This document shows, in pieces, positions 8,463 to 17,542 of a stretch of DNA of 29,132 nucleotides. How positions within the stretch are numbered: the first letter of the stretch is position 1; the number at the start of each line of letters is the position of its first letter. Origin of the DNA: a virus. Taxonomy: Duplodnaviria > Caudoviricetes. The notes beneath the pieces were generated by a model that had not been told where the DNA came from, did not search any database, and saw only the letters and a list, made by a program, of their open reading frames with translations. The stretch covers positions 1-29,132 of IMG/VR virus record IMGVR_UViG_3300031260_000134; one strand, given 5' to 3'. The position numbers and the translations under genes were made by a program.

Positions 8463-9356
8463 CTACTGCAAGCAGCATTTTTTGAACTTCTTGCCGCTCC
8501 CGCAGGGGCAAGGATCATTGCGCCCCGCAGTCGGCGCGAGGTTGCGCACGAAATTGGCCATGGGGATCACGCGCGGATCAGGGTTTTCCTTCAAGGCTTT
8601 CTGCTTCTCGAAATAGGCATCGCTGTAGCAGTACCAGCGCGACAGCTCCTCGATGGCGTCTTCGATCAGGCCATGGCGATAGCGGGGGCTGGCGGGCATG
8701 CCCCCTGCCACGCGTGTGGCCTCCAGATTGCCAAGGAAATGCGAAAAGTCGCAGTAATCCCTTGGGATCAGCCCTTTGTCAAAGACCGCCCGCACGGTTT
8801 CAGTCATATCCTCCAGCCCAAGGTCAGCGACAACATCTGCCCAGCTGATCAAGAGGTTTTCCGGGGCCTTGGGCTGACGGGTGAGGAAGCTGCGGATGAA
8901 GCTCTCGATCTCGGGCCGCAGCGTCGGGTGCAATTGAGCGATCACAACGAGGGCGCACATCATCGCACCGCGCGCAAAATCATCGGCGCGTAGGTCCATG
9001 ATTGACTCGAACAGCGGATCGAGGTCGCCATCGAAGGTGCCCGCGACCATGCGAAACGCGCTTTCGGTGACCGCATCACCCAGCGTCAAATCAAGCGTCC
9101 GCGTCGAGCGGCGCAGCAAACGCAACAGCGGGCGGTAAGCACGCGTTTCGCGCCATTGCGCAAGCAGATAGGTGGCCGGGATCAAGGCCATCAGATCGGC
9201 ATCGGACATGGCACCGGATCTTTGCCGACTGATCCGGTCCAGCAGCGCGATGAAATCCGGTGCCATCACGTCGCTTTGCGCAGTGGCAGCGGCCATGGCG
9301 TCCTTCGGGAAAATATCGTTCCGCGCAAGTTCGCGCATAATCACGTCTGGGGTCAT
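8463..9356 (-). CDS. DUF1186-like helical protein with C-terminal SEC-C motif (accessory gene)
   Basis: Ends in GRNDPCPCGSGKKFKKCC; purine-rich RBS before ATG 9356; antisense to the head operon; more A/T-rich codons. Confidence 0.85.
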   Translation of the reverse strand: MTPDVIMRELARNDIFPKDAMAAATAQSDVMAPDFIALLDRISRQRSGAMSDADLMALIPATYLLAQWRETRAYRPLLRLLRRSTRTLDLTLGDAVTESAFRMVAGTFDGDLDPLFESIMDLRADDFARGAMMCALVVIAQLHPTLRPEIESFIRSFLTRQPKAPENLLISWADVVADLGLEDMTETVRAVFDKGLIPRDYCDFSHFLGNLEATRVAGGMPASPRYRHGLIEDAIEELSRWYCYSDAYFEKQKALKENPDPRVIPMANFVRNLAPTAGRNDPCPCGSGKKFKKCCLQ

Positions 9357-9418
9357 GGATTCTCTCTTCCGGTTTAATGGGAATGAAAGACCCGTTTTGC
9401 CTGAGCAGGTCAACTCAC

Positions 9419-9634
9419 ATGCCGACAATTTCTGACCTTCGCGCGCGCCGCGACGCCCTCTCGGCGCAGCGGTCCTCTGGTGTGGCGCGCGTCAGCTATG
9501 ACGGCAAGACGGTGGACTATCGCTCTGTGGCCGAGATTGACCGGGCCATCGAGGCGCTTGATCGCGAAATTGCAACCCTCGAGGGACGGCGGATTGTACG
9601 GCAGCTGCGCATCACCACGACCAAGGGGCTGTGA
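9419..9634 (+). CDS. Head-tail joining protein, gpW-like
   Basis: 71 aa between terL and portal; GVARVSYDGKTVDYRS. Confidence 0.85.
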   Translation: MPTISDLRARRDALSAQRSSGVARVSYDGKTVDYRSVAEIDRAIEALDREIATLEGRRIVRQLRITTTKGL

Positions 9635-9637
9635 TCC

Positions 9638-11149
9638 ATGGGGTTGCTCGATAGGTTCCGCCGCCCTCCCACGGGCGGTGTAAATGCCGCGCGCGCCCGG
9701 CTTGAGGGCGCAATGTCCCGTCGCCGCTTGCGCGGCTGGAACCCGCCCTTGGAGAATATCAATGCGCTGGTGGCCTCCGGCGGCCCGCGCCTGCTGGCCC
9801 GCGCGCGGGAACTTGTCGTCACCAATGGCTACGCCGCCAATGCCTGCGAGGCCTTCGCCGCGAACCTCGTCGGCGACGGGATCAAGCCCTCGTCGCTGAT
9901 CGAGGACGGGCCGGTTCGCGACCGCGTGCAGCGGCTCTGGCTTGCCTGGACGGACGAGGCCGACGCGGACGGGCTGACCGATTTCTACGGTCTGCAGGCG
10001 ATGGTCGCGCGGGAGATGTTCGTCGCGGGCGAGTGCTTCGTGCGGATGCGCCCGCGCCGGGCCGAAGATGGCCTGCTGGTGCCGTTCCAGTTGCAGTTGC
10101 TGCAATCGGAAATGCTACCCTTCGAGAAGACCGAGACAGCCGCCAATGGGAACCGCATCCGCTGCGGGATCGAGTTCGACGCCATCGGGCGACGGGTGGC
10201 CTATCACTTCCGCCGCACGCATCCCGGCGACAGCACCGACCAGCGCGTGGCGGTGCCCGAGACGGTGCGCGTGCCGGCCGAGGACGTGCTGCACATCTAC
10301 CGCCCGCTCGATGCGGGCCAGATCCGGGGCCTGCCCCATGTCGCGCCGGCCATGGTGCGGCTGTTCCTGCTCGACCAGTACGACGACGCCGAGCTCGACC
10401 GGAAGAAGACCGCGGCGATGTTCGCGGGGTTCATCACCAAGACCGCACCGGAAGACCCGATGATGGGCGAAACGCAAGCGGATCTGGATGGCGCGGCCAT
10501 CGCCAGCCTCGAGCCCGGCACGATGCAGGTGCTGCTGCCCGGCGAGGACGTGAAGTTCTCGGCACCGGCCGACGTGGGCGGCGGTTACGAGGCGTTCCAG
10601 TACCGGACACTTCTGGCAGTGTCGGCCTCGCTGGGGCTGCCCTATCATCTGGTCACCGGCGATACCGCCCGAGCCAACTATTCGTCCTTGCGCGCCGAAC
10701 TCGTGGAGTTCCGCCGCCGCGTGCAGCAGCTGCAGCACGGGGTCATCGCGCATCAGCTCTGCCGCCCCGTCTGGCGGCGCTGGCTGGAAACGGCGCAGCT
10801 GGCAGGTCGGTTGGACCACCTTGCTGATCCGGTAGCCGCGCGCGCGGTGCAATGGATCCCGCCGCGCTGGGATTGGGTCGATCCGCTGAAGGACATCCAG
10901 GCGCAGGTGCTGGCCATGGAGGCCGGCATCACCTCGCGGCGCAAGGTGGTGGAGGCCACCGGCTACGATGTCGAGGAAGTCGACCGCGAGAACGCAGTAG
11001 ACGCCAAACGCGCCGCCGATCTGGGGCTGCACTACCGGACCAGCCCCGGCGAAACCCAAGGTGCGCGGGCCACCCCGGCGCGACGGCCCGATCCCGGCAA
11101 CGCTGCAGATGATGGCAATGGCGACGATCGCGCCATTCAAAAGGAGTAA
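9638..11149 (+). CDS. Portal protein, lambda gpB family
   Basis: 503 aa; LLARARELV, GQIRGLP, ANYSSLR, WVDPLKD. Confidence 0.95.
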   Translation: MGLLDRFRRPPTGGVNAARARLEGAMSRRRLRGWNPPLENINALVASGGPRLLARARELVVTNGYAANACEAFAANLVGDGIKPSSLIEDGPVRDRVQRLWLAWTDEADADGLTDFYGLQAMVAREMFVAGECFVRMRPRRAEDGLLVPFQLQLLQSEMLPFEKTETAANGNRIRCGIEFDAIGRRVAYHFRRTHPGDSTDQRVAVPETVRVPAEDVLHIYRPLDAGQIRGLPHVAPAMVRLFLLDQYDDAELDRKKTAAMFAGFITKTAPEDPMMGETQADLDGAAIASLEPGTMQVLLPGEDVKFSAPADVGGGYEAFQYRTLLAVSASLGLPYHLVTGDTARANYSSLRAELVEFRRRVQQLQHGVIAHQLCRPVWRRWLETAQLAGRLDHLADPVAARAVQWIPPRWDWVDPLKDIQAQVLAMEAGITSRRKVVEATGYDVEEVDRENAVDAKRAADLGLHYRTSPGETQGARATPARRPDPGNAADDGNGDDRAIQKE

Positions 11150-11153
11150 CGCC

Positions 11154-12239
11154 ATGAACAACTGGTACACGATCCGCGCTCGCGCAAGCGGGGCGGAAGT
11201 GCTGATCTATGACGAAATCGGCGCCTACGGCGTTTCGGCAAAGGGGTTTCTGGCAGAGCTGGGCGCGCTGCCGGATGACGCGCCCATTGATCTTCGCCTC
11301 AACAGTCCCGGCGGCTCGGTCTTTGATGCGGTCGCGATCTTTAATGCACTGACCCGGCATGCAGGGACTGTCACCGTCTGGATCGATAGCATCGCGGCCT
11401 CGGCGGCCAGCTACATCGCCATGGCAGGCGATGAGATCGTCATGCCAGAAAATGCCTTCCTGATGATCCATGATCCCTCGGGGCTGGTCATGGGCACCGC
11501 CGCCGATATGCGCGACATGGCGGGCGCACTCGACAAGATGGCCGCCAGCATGACGCGCGGCTATGCGGCTAAATCCGGCAAGCCCGAGGAGGAGATCGCC
11601 GCGCTGATGGCGGCCGAGACCTGGTTTGACGCGAAGGACGCGCTGGAACTGGGGCTGGCTACGCGTATGGCAGAGCCGGTGCGGATTGCGGCGAGCTTTG
11701 ATATCGCGCGGTTTCGGAACGCGCCGCCTTCGCTGCTCCAGGACGTCGCGGAAACCGTTGCCACCTCCAACGGTTTTGAACTCGATCCGGATCATATGAC
11801 GGAGGCAACCCCGCCGGCGGCGTCTGACAGTGATGTTGGGAAAGACAACATCACTCCAGGCGACACCACAACGTCAGCAGAGGACCCATCGGCGCCGCGT
11901 GAGCAAAGCGAGGGTGTTGCAGACGGGAACACCCAACCGAGCGGGGCGGAAAGCTGCGTTGCAATCGCCAACGCAGCACCCGATGCCGCTGCCATCCGCA
12001 CCGAGGTGATTGCCCATGCCCGCGCCGTGATCGATCTCTGCCGTCTGGCGGGTCAGCCGCAGATGGCAGGGCGGTTTTTGGAAGAGGACGCCAGCCTCGA
12101 CGCGGTGCGTGCCAGCCTGCTGGATTTGAGGTCCGAGGCCGCGCCGCAGATCAACCCGCATCATCCACAACCCGGGCGCAGTTCCACCACACGCCCTTGG
12201 GGCGATGTCATCGCCCGCACATTCAAACTGAAAGGCTGA
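11154..12239 (+). CDS. ClpP-type head maturation protease with C-terminal scaffold-like region
   Basis: AAGGAG RBS; LNSPGGSVF, AASAAS (Ser), MIHDP (His), ETWF; acidic low-complexity linker then helical tail. Confidence 0.9.
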   Translation: MNNWYTIRARASGAEVLIYDEIGAYGVSAKGFLAELGALPDDAPIDLRLNSPGGSVFDAVAIFNALTRHAGTVTVWIDSIAASAASYIAMAGDEIVMPENAFLMIHDPSGLVMGTAADMRDMAGALDKMAASMTRGYAAKSGKPEEEIAALMAAETWFDAKDALELGLATRMAEPVRIAASFDIARFRNAPPSLLQDVAETVATSNGFELDPDHMTEATPPAASDSDVGKDNITPGDTTTSAEDPSAPREQSEGVADGNTQPSGAESCVAIANAAPDAAAIRTEVIAHARAVIDLCRLAGQPQMAGRFLEEDASLDAVRASLLDLRSEAAPQINPHHPQPGRSSTTRPWGDVIARTFKLKG

Positions 12240-12243
12240 CATC

Positions 12244-12615
12244 ATGACCACGCTCACTGAAGGCAAACACGCGGGCGGCTTCCTCACCTGGGAAGTGCTG
12301 CGCGACTACACCCGCGAAACTGTCACCCTCGCCTCCGGCGCCGGCAATCTCGCGCCCGGCAGCGTGCTGGGCAAGATCACGACGGGCGGCAAATACACAG
12401 TGCTGACCCCCGGTGCCACGAATGGCAGCCAGAATGCCGCTGGCATCCTCTGGGCCGCTGTCGATGCCACCGATGCCGACGCCCTCGGTGTGGTGCTTGT
12501 GCGCGGCCCGGCCATCGTGAACCGCCATGAGATCATCTGGCCCGAGGGTGCCACCGAGGCGCAAATCACCACCGCCACCACGGCACTTGCCGCGCTCGGC
12601 ATCATCCTGCGCTGA
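12244..12615 (+). CDS. Head decoration protein (gpD-like)
   Basis: 123 aa between protease and capsid; PGSVLGKIT, ALAALGIILR. Confidence 0.85.
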   Translation: MTTLTEGKHAGGFLTWEVLRDYTRETVTLASGAGNLAPGSVLGKITTGGKYTVLTPGATNGSQNAAGILWAAVDATDADALGVVLVRGPAIVNRHEIIWPEGATEAQITTATTALAALGIILR

Positions 12616-12664
12616 GCCAAGGCGCAACTTCCGCATCATTTGTGAAATAGAAGGAGGCTGGCTC

Positions 12665-13678
12665 ATGGCCACCATGGACATCTTTGAAGGCGACGCCTTC
12701 TCCATCATCGAGCTGACCCGCGCGCTCGAAAACATCCCCTTCAAGCCCGCGATCCTCTCGGGCGCCGGGCTCTTCGGCAGCCGCGGCGTGCGCACGCGCA
12801 CCGTGATGATTGAAAGCCGCGACGGCACCCTGTCGCTGATCCCGTTCTCGGAACGCGGCTCGGCCTACGAGTCCCAGATCCCCGAACGCCGCGACATGCG
12901 CGCCTTTGTTGTGCGCCAGTTCAAGAAGCAGGACGTGCTCTGGGCCTCGGAAATCCAGGGTATCCGTGATTTTGGCTCGGAAACCGCGGTGAGCCAAGTG
13001 CAGACCGAGATCGCGCGCAAGCTCGGACGGCTCCGCAATGATGCCGAGGCCACGTTTGAGTTCCATCTGTTCAACGGCATCCAGGGCGTCGTAAAGGACC
13101 CGCGCGACGGGGCCACGGTAATCGACTACCATGCCGAGTTCGGCATCACGCCCGCGGCGGAGGTGGACTTCGATCTGGACAACACGAGCCCCGCTTCTGG
13201 CGCGCTGCGCAAGCGGGCCCAGGCGCTGATCGAAAGCGTCGAGGACAGCCTCGGCGGGCTCGCTGCCGGTCAGGTGCAGCTGCGCGCTGAATGCGGATCG
13301 GCCTTCTTCGCCGATCTGGTGGCGCACAAGGAGGTGCGCGAGACCTATCTCAACACCGCCGCCGCCGCCGATCTGCGCGGCCGCGTCGGAGAAGAGGTCA
13401 GCTTCGGCGGCATCACCTTCCGCCGCTACCGGGGCGGGCTGGGCTTCGGCGTGCCGACCGACAAGGCGTATTTCTACCCCGAGGGCGTCGAGGGGCTGTT
13501 CGAGATCTACTACGCGCCTGCCGACACCTTCGAGACGGTCAACACCGTCGGCCTGCCGCTTTATGCGCGGATGATCCCCGATCGTGACCGCGACGAATGG
13601 GTGCGCCTCGAGATCGAGAGCAACCCGCTGCCGATCTGCACCCGCCCGCAGGTGTTGCGCAGCGCGCGGCGGACCTGA
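12665..13678 (+). CDS. Major capsid protein, lambda gpE-like
   Basis: AAGGAGG RBS before ATG 12665; 337 aa; YAPADTFETVNTVGLP, ESNPLPICTRP. Confidence 0.92.
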   Translation: MATMDIFEGDAFSIIELTRALENIPFKPAILSGAGLFGSRGVRTRTVMIESRDGTLSLIPFSERGSAYESQIPERRDMRAFVVRQFKKQDVLWASEIQGIRDFGSETAVSQVQTEIARKLGRLRNDAEATFEFHLFNGIQGVVKDPRDGATVIDYHAEFGITPAAEVDFDLDNTSPASGALRKRAQALIESVEDSLGGLAAGQVQLRAECGSAFFADLVAHKEVRETYLNTAAAADLRGRVGEEVSFGGITFRRYRGGLGFGVPTDKAYFYPEGVEGLFEIYYAPADTFETVNTVGLPLYARMIPDRDRDEWVRLEIESNPLPICTRPQVLRSARRT

Positions 13679-13989
13679 TGAGCGCCGTCGCCATGGCGCT
13701 TGATGCGCTGTTTACCGATGGTAATATCGGGATTGATGCGGTCTACCTTCCCGAAGGCGGGGTACCGGTTCTGGTCCGCGTGGTCACCCGCCGCGCGGAC
13801 GATGTCACCAGCTTTGGTGACACGCGGATCTGGTCGGAGACCACGCGCGTTGATCTGCGCGTGGCCGAGGTGCCAGCGCCGCGCCCCGGCGACCGCATCG
13901 AGATCGACAGCGAGGCGTTTCTCATCCAAGGGGAGCCGGTGCGGGATCGCGAGCGGCTCATCTGGACCGTGGATTTGAGGCCAGCGTGA
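13678..13989 (+). CDS. Head-tail connector (gpFII-like)
   Basis: TGATG coupling to capsid; PRPGDRIEID; position and size. Confidence 0.75.
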   Translation: MSAVAMALDALFTDGNIGIDAVYLPEGGVPVLVRVVTRRADDVTSFGDTRIWSETTRVDLRVAEVPAPRPGDRIEIDSEAFLIQGEPVRDRERLIWTVDLRPA

Positions 13990-14618
13990 AGCTGAAGCTG
14001 GACGTCACGCCCGATCTGGTCGCCATGATGGCCGCCGAGATCGCAGCGGGCGAAAAGGCCGTCTCCGCCGCAACGCGCGAGGCCGGGACCACTCTCAAGT
14101 CCGCCTGGCGCGCGCAGATCACCGGCGCGGGATTGGGTCAGAGGCTCGCGCGCACCATTCGCTCGGAGCAGTTCCCCAAGGGCAAGCCGAGCCTGAATGC
14201 GGCGGCGCTCGTCTGGTCCAAGGCACCGGTCATCATCGGCGCGCATGACACCGGACCGCTGATCCGCTCGCGCAACGGGTTCTGGCTGGCGATCCCGACG
14301 CCCGCCGCCGGGCGTGGCTTGCGCGGCGGCCGGATCACGCCCTTTGAGTGGGAACGCCGTCGCGGGCTGCGCCTGCGCTTCGTCTATCGCCGTCGCGGCC
14401 CGAGCCTGCTGGTGGCGGAGGGGCGGCTGAACACGAAGGGCCAGGCCGTGGTGTCGCGTTCGAAGACCGGGCGCGGCAAGGTCACCGCGCCGATCTTCCT
14501 GCTGGTGCCTCAGGTGAAACTGCGCAAGCGGCTGGATCTGGCGCGGGACGCCGAGCGCGCGCTCGACATCGTACCCGGGTTGATCGTCGCGAACTGGGTC
14601 GAGGCGCGCTTTCGATGA
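13986..14618 (+). CDS. Tail completion/minor tail protein (DUF6441, gpZ-like), basic
   Basis: GTGA coupling; Arg-rich; WLAIPT and PIFLLVPQVKL motifs; synteny. Confidence 0.75.
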   Translation: MKLKLDVTPDLVAMMAAEIAAGEKAVSAATREAGTTLKSAWRAQITGAGLGQRLARTIRSEQFPKGKPSLNAAALVWSKAPVIIGAHDTGPLIRSRNGFWLAIPTPAAGRGLRGGRITPFEWERRRGLRLRFVYRRRGPSLLVAEGRLNTKGQAVVSRSKTGRGKVTAPIFLLVPQVKLRKRLDLARDAERALDIVPGLIVANWVEARFR

Positions 14619-15289
14619 GATATTCAACGCAAAAACCTCTGGCGCCGGCAGCCGGACAGGGTCAGACTGCGTGTCGAACCATGCCGGGCCAAGCGATGCC
14701 ATCAACCGATCGACTGAAACAGGACAACGCCCATCTGTTACGGACGCAACGGCACTTCCGGCGTGCGGCAGACGTGATCACGGATGCCTGGTCCAGCTTC
14801 CCGCAGGTTGTGGCGATCGCGGTCATCGGATCGGTTGCCAAGCCCCTGTGGAAGGAAGTGCCGCGTTTCGCCCCGTATCGTCGCCGCGGCATTCCGCTAT
14901 GGCATGAATGCAAGGACCTCGACTTGGCGCTCTGGCTTGACGACCTGGCCGGCCTCGGTGATCTGCGGCGGGCAAAGGTGGCAGCGCTGAGGGCCGAGTA
15001 CGAGCGTCAACAGGATTTCGGCGTGGCGGACCATCAGGTCGACGTGTTCCTGTTCGAGCCTGGGAGCGACGCTTATCTCGGCCGGCTCTGTCACTTCAAT
15101 CGTTGCCCGAAGTCGCGGCCCGAATGCGCCGTACCAGGCTGCGGTGCAACGCCGTTCATGCGGCAGTTCCCCGAGTTCGAGGTGGATGGCGACATCCTCG
15201 CGGGCGTGGAGAGAAGCACCCTCTATACACGAGCCGAAGGCATCCGATGCTCCGCCACGGATTTTCCCGAGGCTGTCGACAGCGATTGA
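14615..15289 (+). CDS. Putative Pol-beta-superfamily nucleotidyltransferase with Cys-rich C-terminus (accessory gene; start 14615, 14681 or 14696)
   Basis: AIAVIGSVAK...KDLDLALW...QVDVFLF fits hG[GS]..DxD..D; CHFNRCPKSRPECAVPGC. Confidence 0.65.
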   Translation: MRYSTQKPLAPAAGQGQTACRTMPGQAMPSTDRLKQDNAHLLRTQRHFRRAADVITDAWSSFPQVVAIAVIGSVAKPLWKEVPRFAPYRRRGIPLWHECKDLDLALWLDDLAGLGDLRRAKVAALRAEYERQQDFGVADHQVDVFLFEPGSDAYLGRLCHFNRCPKSRPECAVPGCGATPFMRQFPEFEVDGDILAGVERSTLYTRAEGIRCSATDFPEAVDSD

Positions 15290-15362
15290 TCCTGCGCTCG
15301 CCTGATTTCCGGCCGCCTATCTGCGGGACTGGCGCTGAGCGCTCTGCCTCGAGAAATATGCC

Positions 15363-15782
15363 ATGCCCACCACCTTTGAGACCATCATCACCGCGCTGCA
15401 CGCGCGGCTATCGGGGCTGCCTGCCACCGCACTCCGCGGCGAGGTGCTGCCCGAGCGTGTCCCGGCCGAGGGCCTGCTGATCCTGCGCGATGGCGAGCCG
15501 GGGGAGCCGGAGGTGACGCTCTCGCCGCTGCGCTACCACTACCAGCACCGCGCCGAGATCGAGGCGGTCGTGCAGGGTGCAGCGCGTGACGCCGCCTTCG
15601 ACACGCTGACCGCCAGCATCGGCACGGCGCTCGCTGCCGACCGCACGCTGGGCGGGCTCTGTGACTGGGTCGAGGCGGAAGCGCCGCGGCCCGTGGACTT
15701 GGCCGTAGAGGGCGCAGCCAGCCTGAAGGCGGCGGTCATTTCGGTCGTCTTGCATTATTCAACTGACGACCCGCTTGGGTGA
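15363..15782 (+). CDS. Tail terminator-like protein
   Basis: 139 aa immediately before the tail tube gene; LAADRTLGGL. Confidence 0.75.
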   Translation: MPTTFETIITALHARLSGLPATALRGEVLPERVPAEGLLILRDGEPGEPEVTLSPLRYHYQHRAEIEAVVQGAARDAAFDTLTASIGTALAADRTLGGLCDWVEAEAPRPVDLAVEGAASLKAAVISVVLHYSTDDPLG

Positions 15783-15789
15783 ACCTGCG

Positions 15790-15897
15790 GCCAGCCTGAA
15801 GGCCGCGTTCGGCGGGACGACAGTCCACTGGACTGTCGTCTGATCCGCCTCACTCCCGGTGGTGCTGCACTATTCAACGGCCGATCCTCTGGCCTGA
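15790..15897 (+). pseudogene. Duplicated 3' end of the tail terminator gene containing the palindromic element
   Basis: ASLKA[insert]PVVLHYSTADPLA* versus ASLKAAVISVVLHYSTDDPLG* at 15717-15782; 108 bp versus 66 bp. Confidence 0.85.
15806..15853 (-). repeat. 48-nt palindromic element, copy 2
   Basis: Reverse complement GTGAGGCGGATCAGACGACAGTCCAGTGGACTGTCGTCCCGCCGAACG; perfect 12-bp inverted repeat. Confidence 0.9.
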
Positions 15898-15924
15898 TCC
15901 AACCGAAAATCAAGGAGACTTACC

Positions 15925-16878
15925 ATGTCACGAGCACAGGGAGCGCGGTCGCAAATGGCGCTGGCGTTCGAGTCGACCTATGGAATGCCGCCCGTCGGCG
16001 GCTTCACAAAGATGCCGTTTGCAAGCGCCACGCTGGGCGCGGAACAGCCTCTGCTGGATTCCGAGCTTCTTGGATATGGCCGCGATCCATTGCCACCGGT
16101 CAAAGACGCGGTCACGTCGGACGGCGATGTGGTAGTGCCGATCGACGCCGAAGCGTTTGGGTTCTGGCTGAAGGCGGCCTTCGGCGCGCCGACCACGACC
16201 GGCACCGGCCCCTGGACGCACGAGTTCCAGTCCGGGTCCTGGACGCTGCCCTCGATGTCGATCGAGACCGGCATGCCGGAGGTGCCGCGCTACGCTATGT
16301 ATTCCGGCTGCGTGCTGGATCAGCTCAGCTGGCAGATCCAGCGCTCCGGCCTGCTGACCGCCACCGCCCGGCTTGTGGCGCAGGGCGAGACCGTGGGCAC
16401 GACCACCAGCGCGTTCGGCGCACCCGCCTCACCACCCACCGCGCTGGAACTGAAGCGCTTCGGCCATTTCAACGGCGCGATCAAGCGCAACGGCGTGGAT
16501 CTGGGCAATGTGGTCTCGGCCGAGATCACCTACACGAACAATCTCGACCGGATCGAGACCATTCGCAGCGATGGCAGGATCGACGGGGCCGACCCAAGCA
16601 TCGCGGCGCTCACCGGCCGGATCGAGGTGCGCTTCGCTGACCAGACGCTTGTGACGCAGGCGATCAATGGCGATCCGTGCGAGATGGAATTCGCCTACGT
16701 CCTGCCGTCCGGCGAGAGTTTCACCTTCACCGTGCACGCCGTCTACCTGCCGCGCCCGCGGATCGAGATCTCCGGGCCGCAGGGCGTGCAGGCCACCTTC
16801 GACTGGCAGGCCGCGCGCGACAGCGTCGTCGGCCGGATGTGCACCGCAACCCTCGTGAATGATGTGGAGACGTATTGA
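15925..16878 (+). CDS. Major tail tube protein
   Basis: AAGGAG RBS; 317 aa, beta-rich; precedes chaperone and tape measure genes. Confidence 0.88.
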   Translation: MSRAQGARSQMALAFESTYGMPPVGGFTKMPFASATLGAEQPLLDSELLGYGRDPLPPVKDAVTSDGDVVVPIDAEAFGFWLKAAFGAPTTTGTGPWTHEFQSGSWTLPSMSIETGMPEVPRYAMYSGCVLDQLSWQIQRSGLLTATARLVAQGETVGTTTSAFGAPASPPTALELKRFGHFNGAIKRNGVDLGNVVSAEITYTNNLDRIETIRSDGRIDGADPSIAALTGRIEVRFADQTLVTQAINGDPCEMEFAYVLPSGESFTFTVHAVYLPRPRIEISGPQGVQATFDWQAARDSVVGRMCTATLVNDVETY

Positions 16879-17315
16879 TGCTGACGCTCGACCTGACCAA
16901 CGCCCCGCGCTGGCATGACCTGGCACCCGGTGTCCGCGTGCAGCTCCGCCCGCTGACCACCGCGCTGATGGTGGCGACCCGGAGCGATCCCGCCGTCGAG
17001 GCAGTTCCGGAGGAGGCGTCCGACGAGGAACGCGCGGTCGCCTTTGCCAAGGCGCTCGCGCGGCGCGCGGTGCTCGCCTGGGAGGGCATTGGCGATGCCG
17101 ACGGCAACCCCATCGATCCGAGCCCCGAGGCCATCGACGCGCTGCTCGACGTCTGGCCGATCTTCGAGGCCTTCCAGCTGACCTATGTCTCGAATGGGCT
17201 GCTGCTGGAGCAGGAAAAAAACGCCTCCGCGCTCTCGCCGAATGGGAATTCGGCGGGGGCGCGCGATACTGCGGAGCATGCGAAAGGGCGTGCGAAGACT
17301 GCCCCGCCAGACTGA
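16878..17315 (+). CDS. Tail assembly chaperone (gpG-like)
   Basis: TGATG coupling, GGAG RBS; VLAWEGIGDADG; in-frame slippery site A AAA AAC. Confidence 0.85.
   Translation: MLTLDLTNAPRWHDLAPGVRVQLRPLTTALMVATRSDPAVEAVPEEASDEERAVAFAKALARRAVLAWEGIGDADGNPIDPSPEAIDALLDVWPIFEAFQLTYVSNGLLLEQEKNASALSPNGNSAGARDTAEHAKGRAKTAPPD
17216..17263 (+). other. Programmed -1 frameshift signal
   Basis: A AAA AAC (17216-17222), 5-nt spacer, then a 16-bp stem CGCGCTCTCGCCGAAT-ggga-ATTCGGCGGGGGCGCG (two G-U pairs). Confidence 0.85.
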
Positions 17316-17542
17316 ACCAGCCCCTGACACATGAGGGTTGGCAGGTCTGGGACCTCGTCGGGCGCCTCGGCGGCCAGCTTCGCGTGCTGCCCGGCGCGGT
17401 GATCGGCTGGGACATGGGCGCGGCGCTGGCGCTCGGTGACGCGCTCGGCGTGCCGCCCATTGCCATGGCCGAACTGCTGCCCGTCATCGAGGCGGTGATG
17501 GTCGCCAAACTCAACGAACAGATGGATCATTCGCATGGCTGA
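17222..17542 (+). CDS. -1 frame extension of the chaperone (gpGT-like; full product 16878-17542, about 221 aa)
   Basis: Open frame RLRALAEWEFGGGARYCGACERACEDCPARLNQP...IGWDMGAALALG...LLPVIEAVMV; stop overlaps the tape measure start. Confidence 0.8.
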   Translation, partial: RLRALAEWEFGGGARYCGACERACEDCPARLNQPLTHEGWQVWDLVGRLGGQLRVLPGAVIGWDMGAALALGDALGVPPIAMAELLPVIEAVMVAKLNEQMDHSHG

